DNA of 64,000 bases from Dipteris shenzhenensis (taxonomy: Eukaryota). The position numbers and the translations under genes were made by a program. The DNA lies in the NCBI GenBank assembly GCA_047967505.1, contig CM106538.1. One strand, given 5' to 3'. Numbering within the stretch: position 1 is the stretch's first letter; each line of letters begins with the position of its first letter. Under the pieces are notes generated by a model that was given only the letters and a program-made list of their open reading frames with translations, ran no database searches and was not told the origin of the DNA. Shown piece after piece: positions 1 to 12,667 of the stretch.

Positions 1-1050
1 AAATATATTCCCATCTTCATTTGCAAAATGACTATGACTAGAATGTCCACCATGATGATTTCCTTTGCCTTGGAAATTCCCTCGATTTCTATTGGATTGA
101 CTGCCTTGGTCATACTACTTCTTGCGGCAATCTCTTTCATAGTGTCCAAACTTGTGATAGTAGTTGCCCTGAATGTTTGACACGTTGGTGGATGCATTCC
201 CTCGTCCTTGGAATCTTCCTCAATTGGAATGATTTCCTCTTTGCTGATTTTGATGTTGCTGAGGATGATGCTGATGATGACCACTTCTCTGGAATGATTT
301 CCTCTCTACTTCTATCTGAGCTGTGAATGCCTGATAATTAGAATGACCTTTGCATGCTTGGATGGCTTGCGTCGTGAGTTCTTCACCAAGTAGGACTGAT
401 TGAAGTTCTTCCAGTGTCAAAATTTACCATTGGATGGCAATACTCTGAACTAGATTCTGGTATCCCTCTCCTAGTCCATTCAGGATTACTTGAACCATTT
501 CTGTGGGGTTCATAGTCTCTCCTGCTGCTGCAAGTTGATTGTTGTAGTCATTTATCCGGAGTACACAAGCATTACCAGTTTTGCTATTGTTGCAGAAACT
601 TTGGTTGATCTAGTTTCTCAGTGAGAATCCTAGATGTGTTCTTGGACTCGTAGAGGGCTGCGAACATATCCAAGCTTCTTTCAATGTCTTGACTATGTTG
701 AGCTATCCTAGCATAACATCTTGCACATTCTACTTGATCAGATGATAGGCATACTTGTCTTTCTTATCCCATTCTGCTTGATCTCGAGCAATGGCAAGAT
801 CTACTACAGGTGTGGAAACTGTCTGTGTAGCTGTAGATGTCGTTGTAGATCACACTGCTGGTGCTGTGACAATAGGTGGAGTAGAGCTACTGGTGGCTAG
901 ATCATCCAATGGTCTAGGAGTAGACCCATTGACATACTCCCATTTGTCGTGAAGTACTAGAATGGTCTCCATTCGGTATTTCCATGTACTATAATTGGAG
1001 TTATCTAGCATAGAAAATTTCTCTAGATTGAGGTTGCTAGTTGTAAACAT
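1..1050 (-). mobile_element. Ty1/copia element A, decayed gag (continues off the window start)
   Basis: ORF 850-1254 has LDNSNYSTWKYRMETILVLHDKWEYVNG, a typical copia gag N-terminus. ORF 220-420 has TLEELQSVLLGEE. A degenerate zinc knuckle (..YHKFGHYERDCRKK) lies near 120-170. Confidence 0.85.
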
Positions 1051-1551
1051 GGTGTAAGAAAATGTACTCAAAGTATCGTGAAAAATATATGTATGAGAAT
1101 CAACTGCAAAAAGCTGGCTATGCCAAGTGAAATCTTTGAACCGTCGATGAAGATAGAATTGCAATATATAAAATCTAATCTGTGTTACAAGGCTTGTGGC
1201 AAATGATGCCGGGAATAGCCAAGAGGCATTACAAGGCTGAAATGATGTGCACAATGCCGTGCAATGGCCATGTAGGCTTTACAATGGTGGCATGTGTGTG
1301 TGAAATCAAATTCTATCTGCCCACTCAATAATCAGCAATGCCTCTAAACTCTGAAGTCTACTCATTGAACTGATGAAACATCAGGTTTCAGGTAATGTGA
1401 TGATGTGAAACCGTATGTGAGTGTATGGACTGCGAGTAGGTACTAGTCAGGAATTTCGTGCATGGCTTAGATTGGCAACTTGGGGAAATTCAATGCGTCC
1501 CCTCTATGGCGATCTAGTCTACTCTAATTTGGATCTATACCAACCGTCAAG

Positions 1552-1974
1552 TGATGAAAGAACAGTAAATAATTCCTTTTCTTTTGTTCTTTTCAAGTGC
1601 TGGGTCAGATGCATCGATGTAGAGGCTGATGTGTGTGTACGAAGTGGATTTGTCCGGTGAGGCTCAAATGTCAGTGTAACTTGTGAAGAGAGTGGGAGAG
1701 AAGTAAGGAATCTCACTTGCAGCTTTCTCACATACACAATGGGGGAATACACACAAAGGTGGAGGCTGAAATCAGTTTTCCTCTTCTTAGTTATGAAAGC
1801 CAAAAGAACTTTCACTTAGTACAAAAGGAATAGATGAATCCTATATGTGGGTCTCAAACCAAACTTAGCTAACCTATGTGGCATACTAACTGAGCCACTA
1901 ACTAGAGTACATAAATATAGCTGTCATTCAGCTATTATTCATGGGCAGTGTACCAACCGCATCTGCAACTAACA
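1552..1974 (-). repeat. Probable 5' LTR of copia element A, nested in the 3' LTR of element B
   Basis: Minus strand starts TGTTAGTTGC at 1974 and ends ..TCATCA at 1552. It lies upstream of the gag. The PBS is only partially recognisable (TGGTATAG near 1535-1542). Confidence 0.5.
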
Positions 1975-4900
1975 AGTCGGTGACATAAATGCACAACGGT
2001 CATTTTGGCATATTATGAGTGGAGCTCGATATCTCAACACTCCCCCTTGAGCTCAATCCCAATTCTTGCACACCAAGCAGGTCTCTAAACTTGCGTAGCT
2101 TCTCTGTGCCCAATGCCTTCATGAATATGTCAGCTACTTGATCCTCTGTGCTGACATAAACCAGATCAATAAAACCTACTAGAACCTTCTCCTGCACATA
2201 GTGATAATGCACCTCAATGTGCTTTGTTCTAGCATGATAGACTGGGTTATTTGCCAAGTGTATACTGCTCATGTTGTCACAATAAATGACAACTGGCCCA
2301 TTTGTAGACTTATGCATATCATAAAGTAGCTTATGCAACCAAGCTACCTCACATGTAGCCATTGCTACACCCCTATACTCAGAGTCTGTGCTCGACAAGG
2401 AAACTATAAGCGGTTTCCTACTGCTCCAGGTGATTGTAGCACTCCCAAAAGAGAACACATATCCACTGGTAGATTGTCTATCAGAAATACTACCAGCCCA
2501 ATCAGCATAAGTGTATCCATGCAACTATATTTGAACCCCAGTCTCATAAAATAGTCCATACTGCAATGTGGACTTCACATACCTCAGTATGCGTCTAGCC
2601 ACATCCAAATGCGGTTTCATTGGAGCTTGCATAAACTGACTTACCAACCCAACAACATAGCTCAAGTCTAGGTTGGTAATAGTCATATAAATCAAACTTC
2701 TAACTATGCATCTGTACATAGTAGGGTCTTTCAGAAGACCACCTGCATTTGCACTCAACTTCACATTCTGCTCCAAAGGAACTGAAATAGGCTTACAACC
2801 TATCATCCCATATTTGGACAGCATGTCCAATCCATACTGCCTCTGCAAGAGCCATATCCCACTTGTGGATCTAATCACCTCAATGCCCAAGAAGTAACGC
2901 AGCTCTCCCAAATCCTTCATCTCAAACTTCTGCTTCAATAGCATTTTCACATGAAGGATATCTTCATCACTATCACTTGTGATGATCAAATCATCAACAT
3001 AAATGACAAGTAGCATAATACCTTTCTCTGTTTTTCTCACATAAAGTGAGAAATCTGCCGTGGAAATCTGAAAGCCAATAGTGACAATATATTGTCCTAT
3101 CTTGTCAGACCATGCTCTAGGTGCTTGCTTCAAGCCATACAAGGCTTTCTTCAACCTACAAACAAACTCAGGATGAACAACATGCACATAACCTGGTGGT
3201 TGCTCCATATAGACCTCTTCTTGCAAATCACCATGCAAGAAGGCATTCTTTACATCCATCTGATGTAAAGACCATCCCTTTAATGTAGCCATAGCAATGA
3301 CTACTCTTACGGTTGCCATCCTTGCAATCGGACTGAATGTTTCTTCATAATCAATGCCATATGTCTGTGCATACCCCTTGACAACTAATCTTGCCTTGTA
3401 TCTGCTCATAGAACCATCTGCATTGTGCTTCACCTTATAAACCCACTTGCACCCAATTGCATTCTTGTCTTTAGGCAAAGGCACCAATTCCCATGTAGCA
3501 TTTACTTCCAAGGCATCCATTTGTTCTCCCATTTTTGTTTTCCAGTGGCTTGCTCAAAAGATGTGGGTTCTGGTTCTTGTATCACTTTGACCATATAGGC
3601 ATAGTGAATGGCTGTAAATCCATCATATTTCAGCCTATCTAGAGGATACTTAACTCTGGTAGACCTGCGAAAAATAGGCTCACTACCAAGTGCTCTCAAA
3701 ACATCCCTTGTCTTCCTTACTCCAGGTGTAACAATAGAAGGAATACCCAACTCATCATCAAGGCTTTGTTCTAAGCCACTAGATTCACCATCCACATAAG
3801 AGTGACCTGCATTCACATCAACCATGGGCTGATCTACTTTCTCTTTTCCCTTTCGTGATACTTGCATACCACTATTTGCATTGCTTTAAGGAGATTCTCC
3901 TGATCTCAATCTGCTTGTCCATGGTGAAGTATATGAACAACTGCTAGAGGACACTATAGGTGCACTAATATTTGGTGATTGTTGCTGTGAATTCTATGTA
4001 GCATTACCATTTTGTGCATCTACATCATGAATCACATTTACTGGTTTATACCAGCTCTCGTCTCATCAAAAACAACATCTCTGCTCACTATAAACTTACG
4101 AGTAGAAGGGTTATAGTATCTATACCCTTTCTGCTGCAGAGAATAACCAATAAAGATGCACTTCTCAGCTTTTGGATCCAACTTGGATCTCAAATCATCT
4201 GGCACATGAACATAGGCAATGTAACAAAAAATTTCAAATGAGAAATATCTAGTTTCCTACCAGTATACCTCTCCTCTGGCATCATGCCATGTATTGCTGT
4301 AGTGGGAGTCCTTTTCATTATGTAGACTGATGTAGCAACTGCTTCAGTCCAATAATAATCTAGCAGGTCTTTTTCGTTGAGCATGGCACACGATAACTCT
4401 CCAATATGCTTGTTTTTCCTTTCTGCAAGTCCAATTTGCTGTGGGGTATGACTGCATGAATATTACTACTTTATACCATGCTCCTATAGGAACCTTGCAA
4501 ACTCTTTTGAGAGGTACTCTCCCCCTCCATCTAACCTTAGGCATTTTATTTGCAGGCCTGTTTCTTTCTCAACCATAGCTTTAAAAGCTTTGAAATGCCC
4601 AAACACTTCACTTTTGTTTTTCATAAAATACACCCAAACTTTTCTGTTGTAGTCATCAATAGATACAACTTTAGTAGTCCACACATCAGAGGATTAATTC
4701 CAATGGCCTCTTACTCTCTTGAACATGTCTAGGAAATGGTTTCCTTACATGGTCTCCAAATTGACAGGCTTCACATACCTTATGCATTTCTGCAACCTTG
4801 AACTTAGGCAATCCTGCAACAATATTTTGGGCCTGCATCAATTTAAGTCACTGTAGATTAACATGACCAATGCGTTTATGCCAGATATCAATATCTATAA

Positions 4901-5600
4901 CTACACCGGTCCCATGTGCAAACATTGCTGCACTCAATTCAGGCATGTCCGCATCCAACGTAAACATGCTGCCCTTCTTCTTCCCTTTTGCTATCAAGCG
5001 ACCTTTATTTTTCATATCCACAACAAAGCATCCATGAGGATCAAATCTGACTTGCAAGCCCTCCTCAAGCATCTTAGATAGACAAATGAATTTTACCAAT
5101 CTACACAGTAGGATGTGCAGTATCATCGCTAGTCTCCACAAATCCTGGTCTTTTCATTTTCCTTGCATCCTGCATCCATTCTGCATGACCTGTCATGTGG
5201 TTTGATGCACCTGAGTCAACATACCACACATCATTGCTTTCTTCTGCACTTGTCACAGAATTGGTCATGTGCTACACCATAAAAAAATGCTCATTTCTGT
5301 CATCACCCTGTCTACTAGAGGATGCATAATTGCCTTGCTGCAATTTTCCATTCATGATGTCATTCTGCTTTTTGTAGCAGTCTTTAGCCATATGACCCAT
5401 TTTACCACAGTAGTAGCATTCAACATTACTGTTTGCATTTTGACCTCGCTGCCATCCACCATGACCTCTTTGGCTCCCTCTGCCTCTAAGGTTACCATGT
5501 CCTCCTCCATAGGACTGGTTTTCTTGAATTTTCTGCATATTCTGATTTCTGCCATGGCGGTCGGCCTACTCTACCTCTGCCTCTACCTCTTCCAGCATTT
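1975..5600 (-). mobile_element. Ty1/copia element B: gag knuckle-PR-INT-RT-RNaseH, 5' truncated, frameshifted
   Basis: CYYCGKMGHMAKDC (5272-5538); WYVDSGASNHMT protease (~5190-5230); IWHKRIGH and integrase (4000-4900); RT with YKARLV, QMDVKNAFLHG, LYGLKQAPRAW, YVDD (2525-3532); RNase H with ADWAG, YCDN, RTKHIEVHYH, DQVADIF (2000-2524). PPT AAGGGGGAG precedes the LTR start TGTTGAG at 2039. Confidence 0.97.
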
Positions 5601-5619
5601 GAGTAGAAGATAGCTTCTT

Positions 5620-8316
5620 TTGAAGTTCCTCCTGAAGAAGATGCACCACCATTTCTCTGCTCTTAAGATATTAGAAGAGCAATCAACTCCCCAAAATCAA
5701 GAAAATTCTCACGGATGCATGCCAACTAATCTAATGATCAATAGTACACCACATGCACATGGATGCAGGTTCAAAAAAATGCTGCCACTAAAGAGGATGC
5801 ACAAAAAGAGCCCACTGCCTCAACCATGAGGACCCCTCTAGAGTTTGCAACCATCTACACCCATTGCCTCAACCACGAGACCCCCTCTAGAGTTTGCAGC
5901 CATTCACATCCTCTTAACCATGGCAACCATAGGCATTTGTGGTCCAAAGCGATAGCTTCGAGGAGGATTCAGTGCATGACCAAGAAGAACAAATGCCACC
6001 CCAGTCACCACTAGCCTACACAACCATTGACAGGGCCCGGTCACTGGAACTTGTTTGGCCACCTACATTGACTTATGCTCTTTCCAAAGAAGCAACATCT
6101 TACTTAGGGCAAAGGGGTCTAGGCAGTTTGCATGAGAGCCTAAAATCCTTGGAGGACAGTCCTACAATGACTGCATACATCAGGGAATTTCTCCACTCTT
6201 ACCACTTCAGCAATGCACAGGTTGGCAAGTACGGTACCATCACTATACATCAAAGCCCACTCAGCATTATCCTCAATGGTACAGTCATTCAAAGGGCTTT
6301 CTCACTCCCAACACAAGGTGCCAAATACTCTACATGGCCTACCGATGCAAAATTTCTCAAAGTATAGGCTCTCCTCACCAAGGGCCCAATGATCCATAGG
6401 GACGACATATTACTTCACACCATCCTTAACCATCGCCTCAGGGAAGTAGCATAATTCCTATCCACAATCCTGGGGGTTAAGTGCAGCAAGAATCAATCCC
6501 TTCCACCCCACACATTTGTCTTATTGAGTAGGAAGCTAAAGCAAGACTGGATCCAACACTTAGTCATCTTCTTTATAGAAAAACTAGATGGTTCATCAGG
6601 CCAAAAATGTAAAATTCCATACTTATTGGCTATAATCATAAAAAAAGAGCTACATGAATGAGAAATGATTCTGCCCCAGTCACCAAAACCAATTGAGGAG
6701 TTGGACATTCCCTTCTCACCAGTATGGGAGCTGTCACCAACTTGTCCTACTATCACATTGGCAAATGCAGATGCCTAAGAAGAAATACCTATTCTGGAGG
6801 TCAGAATTGAGGAATTGCCCCTCGAGATGCTACAACTCAGTGCACAACTGCAACCAATATATCTCCAACAATAGTAGCAACCAGAGCCTGAGGAAAGATC
6901 GACACCAGAGCTTGAGGCTACATCAACACTAGAATTGCCTATTGACACCATGCCAGTCGATGAGCCACAAGGGGAGCTAGTGCCAGATCAACAGTATGAC
7001 TATTGTACACAAGTGACTAATATACCATTGGAACAACCTCCCACAAGTACTACAGAATCATCAGGATGGCTACATGGGCACCACTTTATCAGTAGTATCA
7101 CCAGTCCTCATCACCGTCTATCATTCTCCAACATCAAGCTAGCCAAATGATCCAAATGTTCAAACTATTCATTAGCTTGGCCAAGGAGGAATATGCAAGA
7201 GAATTGGACAGACAGACTGCAAAAAAAATCGAAGACGATCCAATTCTAGGCAATTGCATAGAGGTCAAGGCACTTCGAGCACAGATAGATGAGAAGGAGC
7301 TAGAAGAAGTGTGCATGAACCAAGCTCTCCAAGGTCAAGAGAAGGTAGTGAGGGATGTGACTCCAACCTCCACCAAAGTCAAACACAGCTGTTAGTAGCA
7401 GTACAAGCAACGGCAATCCTACAAACCTACTGAAACTCCTTGACCTCCACACATGCTCAGTAAACGGAGGTAGTGGCACAAGCTCAACTCACTCTAATTA
7501 ACAAAGAAGAAGAGCTTCAGGATTACAAAGACAAGCTTGAAGACATGAAACCAATCTTTGGAAGTACACGCCTTCAGCATTGACGAGCTTACAAGAGAAT
7601 GCAAAATCTTAAAGAACCAACTTGCTACCGCTAAAGAGGCTAGCACTTCACAAGCACAAGTCTTGGACCAATGGTCCAATACCACTGAAGACATTTCTCA
7701 ATAGGCGAAGGTCACCTTGCAAATGAAAAAGCTTAAGGAGGCATATACAACCATCTACCAGAAATACAAAGAAAAAATGGAGGAGATGCACTCCCAAAAG
7801 ATAATCATCTCCAAGCTTAAACTCCAATTGCTAGTGCACAACAATGAGGCAATGGAAGACAACACCAATGAAGCCCCACTACAATGCACAATGGTGGTGT
7901 ACCAAGAGCTTGTGGGTGCTCTACAAGTGGAAGATCACCTCAACACATGCGTGCTCCAAATCAAGATCATATCCGCTCATCCAACAATCAAATGGGAATG
8001 TTCCATAGGGACCAAAACTCTAAGAAACTCCAAATCAAGATCATATCCGCTCATCCAACAATCAAATGGGAATGTTCCATAGGGACCAAAACTTTGCGCA
8101 TAATTTGCCAAGACTTATCTAAAGATGAGAAAAATATCTTTTGCCTGTCTACCCATGTCGGGTTTAGAGTAGTTAGGATGGATGCTTTCATTGCATATGT
8201 ATGCCTCATGGGTAGTCCTCCCCTCAGGGTTATTGCTGGTTTGTTGCCATTGCTACAAAGACCATCACTATTATTTGCAAGGCATGACATAACCGACATC
8301 CCACCCATGCAACTGA
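5620..8316 (+). pseudogene. Decayed long ORF with coiled-coil tail, probably an LTR-retrotransposon accessory ORF
   Basis: A chain of + strand ORF pieces (5939-6367 LVWPP..YIREFLHSY, 6935-7395, 7717-8354) is broken by stops. No catalytic motif recognised. Confidence 0.35.
7955..8093 (+). repeat. Tandem duplication, ~72-bp period
   Basis: TCCAAATCAAGATCATATCCGCTCATCCAACAATCAAATGGGAATGTTCCATAGGGACCAAAACT occurs twice. Confidence 0.95.
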
Positions 8317-8489
8317 CATTAGGGGAGAATTGGAGTCTCAAAAGGGCCTCATAAGGAATGGATTAGTCCTAATGAAAGGGCCAAGTTAGGTCCCAAAAAG
8401 TCCTAACCCCCCCTCACCTAGGTGGGTTAAGCCCAAAAGTGACCCCACCTCTTATACCTCTTACACAACTCTTACTCCTAAGTGGGAAC

Positions 8490-9000
8490 CAAAAAATTCA
8501 AAATTCAAAATTCGAATTTTGAATTCCCTCCCTCCTCTCTCCTCCTTCCCTCCCTCCTCCCCCTCCTCACTCCCTCCTCCCCCTCCCTCCTCCTCCCCCT
8601 CCCTCCCTCCCTCCTCCCCCTCCCCTCTCCTCTCCTCCCCCTCCTCTCTCCTCTCCTCACTCCCTCCTCCCCCTTCCTCCTCCTCCCCCTCCCTCCCTCC
8701 CTCCTCCATGCTTGCTCCTCCTGCTCTCCCCCTCCCTCCCTCCTGCATGCTTGCTCCTCCTCCCCTCCCCCTCCCTCCTCCTCCACTGCTCCTCCTCCTC
8801 CCCCCTCCCTCTTGCTCCTCCCACCTCCCTCCCTCCTCCTCCATGCCTACTCCTCCTCACCCTCCACACCTGCTGGTCTGCCCCCTTTCCTCCTCTTCAA
8901 CCACTGGTCCTCCCTCCTCCATCCCTCCTCCTCGCCCTCCCTCTTCCTGCGTGCTACTCCTTCAAGCCTGCATCTCCACACCTTCTCCTTCTCTACACTC
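8490..9000 (+). repeat. Subterminal (TTCAAAA)n motifs plus a ~480-bp polypyrimidine (CCT-rich) tract
   Basis: Seen directly; its purine-rich mirror lies at ~24450-24770. Confidence 0.9.
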
Positions 9001-9008
9001 CTTTAGTC

Positions 9009-11918
9009 ATGGCACCGTTTGAGGATGTCTCCAACAAGTACCAGGTTCACTTAGAGTTGGAGGCTGAATATGCAAGCACACGTCTAGGATTAAGGGGAGC
9101 CTCCAAAATCCACAGTCTTTGTTACAAGGAAAGAAGCTTCTCGACCTTTGGGTAGAAGGATCCTTGTATCCTTTAGATCCTGCCAACCAAAAGAGGCCTC
9201 CTTTCCATACAATGCATGAGCTAGTTTAGTTTGTTAGAAATGGACATGCGGGGTTGCTTGGTCATTGCAATCAGTTAAACAATGCTCAATCAATGGCTAT
9301 GTAAGCAAGTGAGATGCACAGAGCCCAAGCAGAGATGCTAGCACATTTAGAAAATAGCACCATTGTTGCAATGCATAACTCTATGCAGCATCTTCAAAGG
9401 AAGAACCAAGATCTTCATGATAAAGCCAAAGCATTGGACTTAGAGTGAAATGCATTGGACTTGAAGTGACATAAATTAGAAGAGTCACTCTGTAAGCTAC
9501 CTGAGTCCAAAAAAGGCTTGGAAAGATCTATATACAATCAATTTCGATGAGCCGTAGAGAAGGAATGAGAGAAGGTAGAAGAATGAGTGCAAAAGATGAA
9601 AGAAACACCTTTGGGATTGAAGGAGAGGAAAATAAGGTACTTACATAACATGGATGCATTGGCACCCACTGGTGGTGCTAGAAAGAGGAGAGTCTGGGCT
9701 ACAAGGTTGGTTATCAAATGTTCCAATGAGATTACACTCTTTTGTGCTACACTATTTGTGACTAAGTTTTTATTGTGTTCTTCTTTAGGAACTTCATGGA
9801 AGATGTGATGGGAAGAACAAACGAGATGATATTGACTGTTCATATGTTCTAGCTAGTTTATTGAAGTCAAGCAATGTCATTGGGATACTAAGGGACTCGA
9901 CACAAGTTCCTACATGTGCAAGTTGCTGAAGAGGTGATGAAGGACTTCAAGAATATTGTGGATGCAAAGGAGATGCTTGCAGCTTGTGATACTACCAGTG
10001 AGAGTCGTGAAGCTTACACATCTGTTTTCAAAATTTTCAAGTTTGCTATTTTGGGAAAGTATAAGAAGCCTATAGTGCCCCTACCCACACCTTGGTCTGT
10101 GAGACGTGCATGGCAAGAAACAAACTAATGTGCAAGAGAAATTCTTGGAGGGTACCATTGCATAAGGGGCACAATGACTTGGAAGAGTAAAAAGAAATCT
10201 GGCTTGCAAACCTTTGAGATGAATGCTTTCAACAATGTCTACTTAGATGTTGAGAAACTACAACAAGCAATGGTCAAATTTTATGGCATGAGAGAAGATG
10301 GTAAGATGAAATCCATTATAGCATTGCACTTTACTTAGTTCATTTCCTATATCATGTTTATCCTAATGATTTCTCTCTTTTGTTGTACAGATTGCAATGG
10401 AAAGCTCATATTTGTCATCACAATGGATGAAGCTCAATCGATGAAAGAACACAAGTTAGAGAGAGTCACCATCTACATTATGAATAAAGCCTTAGCCTTT
10501 GTTCAAAGGAACGAAGAAGTAGAGCAAGATTTCTCAATGCAATCAGAGAAAGATATATGGTGGCTTGTAGCATTTGAGACTCCAAAAGAGTGCCATGAGA
10601 TATTGAAGTGGGTCCTAGATAGAACAGGAATCCCATCGATGATCCAAAGATAAGAGGAAGGGAAAACATTGACAGTCGATGGCCATGGAACCTTTCAAGT
10701 TGAATGGCATCTTACTAGTGATTTGAAAACCCTCAAGTGCTTGCATGGTTGAGATATAGGGGCAAATGCAATGAACACATGCCTTTATTGCATGTGTTTG
10801 CAATGTAAGCAAAAGGCTGGCTTACAATGGGAGAATGGCATTCTATCTTGTAGCCAAACGCAAGCTCCCAATTGTGATAAGAAGCATCCAAAGTGGGATC
10901 CCATCTTGCCCATCCCACTTGAGAGAGTACACATATGTACTTTACATGTAGAACTATGCGTACTTGACATGTTGTTGTATTTGCATCTTGTTTATGCTTG
11001 GAATTTAATTCCGCAAGAAGTATACGGTGCATTATAGAACCTGAGAAGTTGCTGTCAGAGATGGGATTCCATGGAGGACATGTCAAACTTAAGGAGGATA
11101 AGAAAATGTCTGGGGCAACACAGAATCTTCCTGCAAAAGTATCCATGGGTGGAGGGAAGGCAAGGAGATTCCTATCGAACCACAATATTGACAGAGACAA
11201 GTATACATCGTCTCAAAGTAGTTTGGGTTGGGAATACTGGAAAGCATTGTGTGAATGCATGACCAATAAGGCTTCTCATCCTCAAGTAGCAACTTTGAGA
11301 GCTAAAGTATGGACAAAGGTAGATGCATTGATAAAATTGCTTCGCCAGGTTCAAATCAATGAGATGTATTATGAAAGGTGTAGGATGGCAGTGAAAGAGT
11401 TTATGCAATTAATGGTGAAAGCATGGGGGGAGTCGCACATTACACATTACATGGTAATCTTGGCACCATCATAATATTTAGCACTTTTTTTTTAAATTGT
11501 TTTTGTTGCTAAAATGATTCTCATCATGTTTGCAGCATATTTTCTATGCATGTGCACGGACCATGGTTTGTACAAAATTAGGGTCCTTTGTCCATTTAGA
11601 ATACACAAGGCATGGAGAAGTCGCACTATAGAGCCAAGGTAGCCTACTTTAAGAACTCAAGGCATGGTGGTGGTGTCACTTGCAGCAATGCATTGCATGA
11701 GATGCTCGACTAGTTTTTTAGATGTTTACTAGGAAGGACTTTGAAGTCTGAAAAGGCAAAGGCATCAAAACTTGCAAAATCAATTCAAATTGTATCAAAG
11801 AATAGAAGGCATACTGCTTGGAAAGCATCCATAGGAAGTTGAGGAGTCACACATTAGTTGCAAGCTAGAGTGAGAGAAGGGAGCAGATGTCCAACCAGCA
11901 ATAGAAGCTATGGTGTAA
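9009..11918 (+). pseudogene. RAG1/Transib-like DDE transposase, 4 exons (introns 9706-9788, 10301-10390, 11454-11535), with stops and frameshifts
   Basis: FVITMDEAQ (first D); WHLTSDLKTLKCLHG..NTCLYC (second D plus CxxC); ICTLHVEL; ITHYM|HIFYA(H)GPWF..GPLSI*NTQGMEKSH (HxxxxH plus catalytic E). These are collinear with the RAG1 core motifs YDEKLVREVEGL..ICTLC, DALH and ITNYFHKTLAH..AWASEGNES. The introns have GT..AG boundaries. Confidence 0.85.
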
Positions 11919-12029
11919 TTGTATACAAATATGAAATAAATATATTGCTTATTTTGACCATAATTTGTGTACTCACTCTTTAATATCTTGCTTATTTTGA
12001 CCACAATTTTTGTACTCACATGACATTGG

Positions 12030-12232
12030 GGAAAGTGGGGACATGGTGAAGGAGGGGGGAGAGAAGGGAGGGGTGTGGGGTGGGGCAAGGGGAGGGGTGG
12101 AGTGGTAGCAAGGGTGGGGGGAGGGGGGGATGGGGGGTATGGGGGAGGACAACAGGTGTGGGCAGGGCAATGGGGGGGATGGCAACAAGGGTGGGGGGGT
12201 TGGAGGGGTTAGGGCAGGGGCATGGGGCATGA
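12030..12232 (+). repeat. G-run tract (G-quadruplex-prone) between transposase and H3-like gene
   Basis: More than 15 runs of 3 or more G in ~200 bp. Confidence 0.8.
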
Positions 12233-12268
12233 TGAAACCCTAAACATAATTAAAAGGGATGTCAAAAC

Positions 12269-12667
12269 ATGATGGGCCTATATAAAGCATTAAAAAAGGC
12301 AGACAGGAGGCCGTGAGATCATGTTTGGGTACCTATAAAGCCTCCACCAAGAGTCAAGAAGCCGTACAGAACAAAGCCAAGAGCACGGGCCCTAAGGGAG
12401 ATTAAGCAAATGTAGAAGACCGCCGACAACCTAAACTCGCATGCTCCCTTCCAATGTGTGGTACGGGAGATAGCACAGGGATACAAGTATGACGTGCGAT
12501 TTAGCATAGGATCTATGGGGGTGCTCCAGGAGGCTACGGAGCAAGTGACCATTGCTCTATTTGAGGACGCCAACTTGTGTGCCATCAATGCAAAGCACAT
12601 CACGGTCATGGACAAGGACATGGCTTTGGCAAAGTGGCTATGGAGTGACCCAAGTTTGAAGCCCTAG
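12269..12667 (+). pseudogene. Divergent, intronless histone H3-like gene with two in-frame stops
   Basis: One frame reads MMGLYKALKKADRRP*DHVWVPIKPPPRVKKPYRTKPRARALREIKQM*KTADNLNSHAPFQCVVREIAQGYKYDVRFSIGSMGVLQEATEQVTIALFEDANLCAINAKHITVMDKDMALAKWLWSDPSLKP. It aligns without gaps to H3 from VKKPHR to DIQLARR. Stops are TGA at 12314 and TAG at 12413. The start codon is uncertain. Confidence 0.93.

Noticed and set aside
8461-9006. Pro/Ser/Leu- or Gly/Glu-rich ORFs (also 24360-24877, 16248-16621, 19970-20530)
   Set aside because: These are translations of low-complexity CT/GA tracts that are open in many frames; they are not credible proteins.
12269-12667. Host canonical H3 or CENH3 gene
   Set aside because: It has two stops, no canonical tail, no loop-1 extension and no introns, and it lies inside a transposon. 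No gene symbol assigned.
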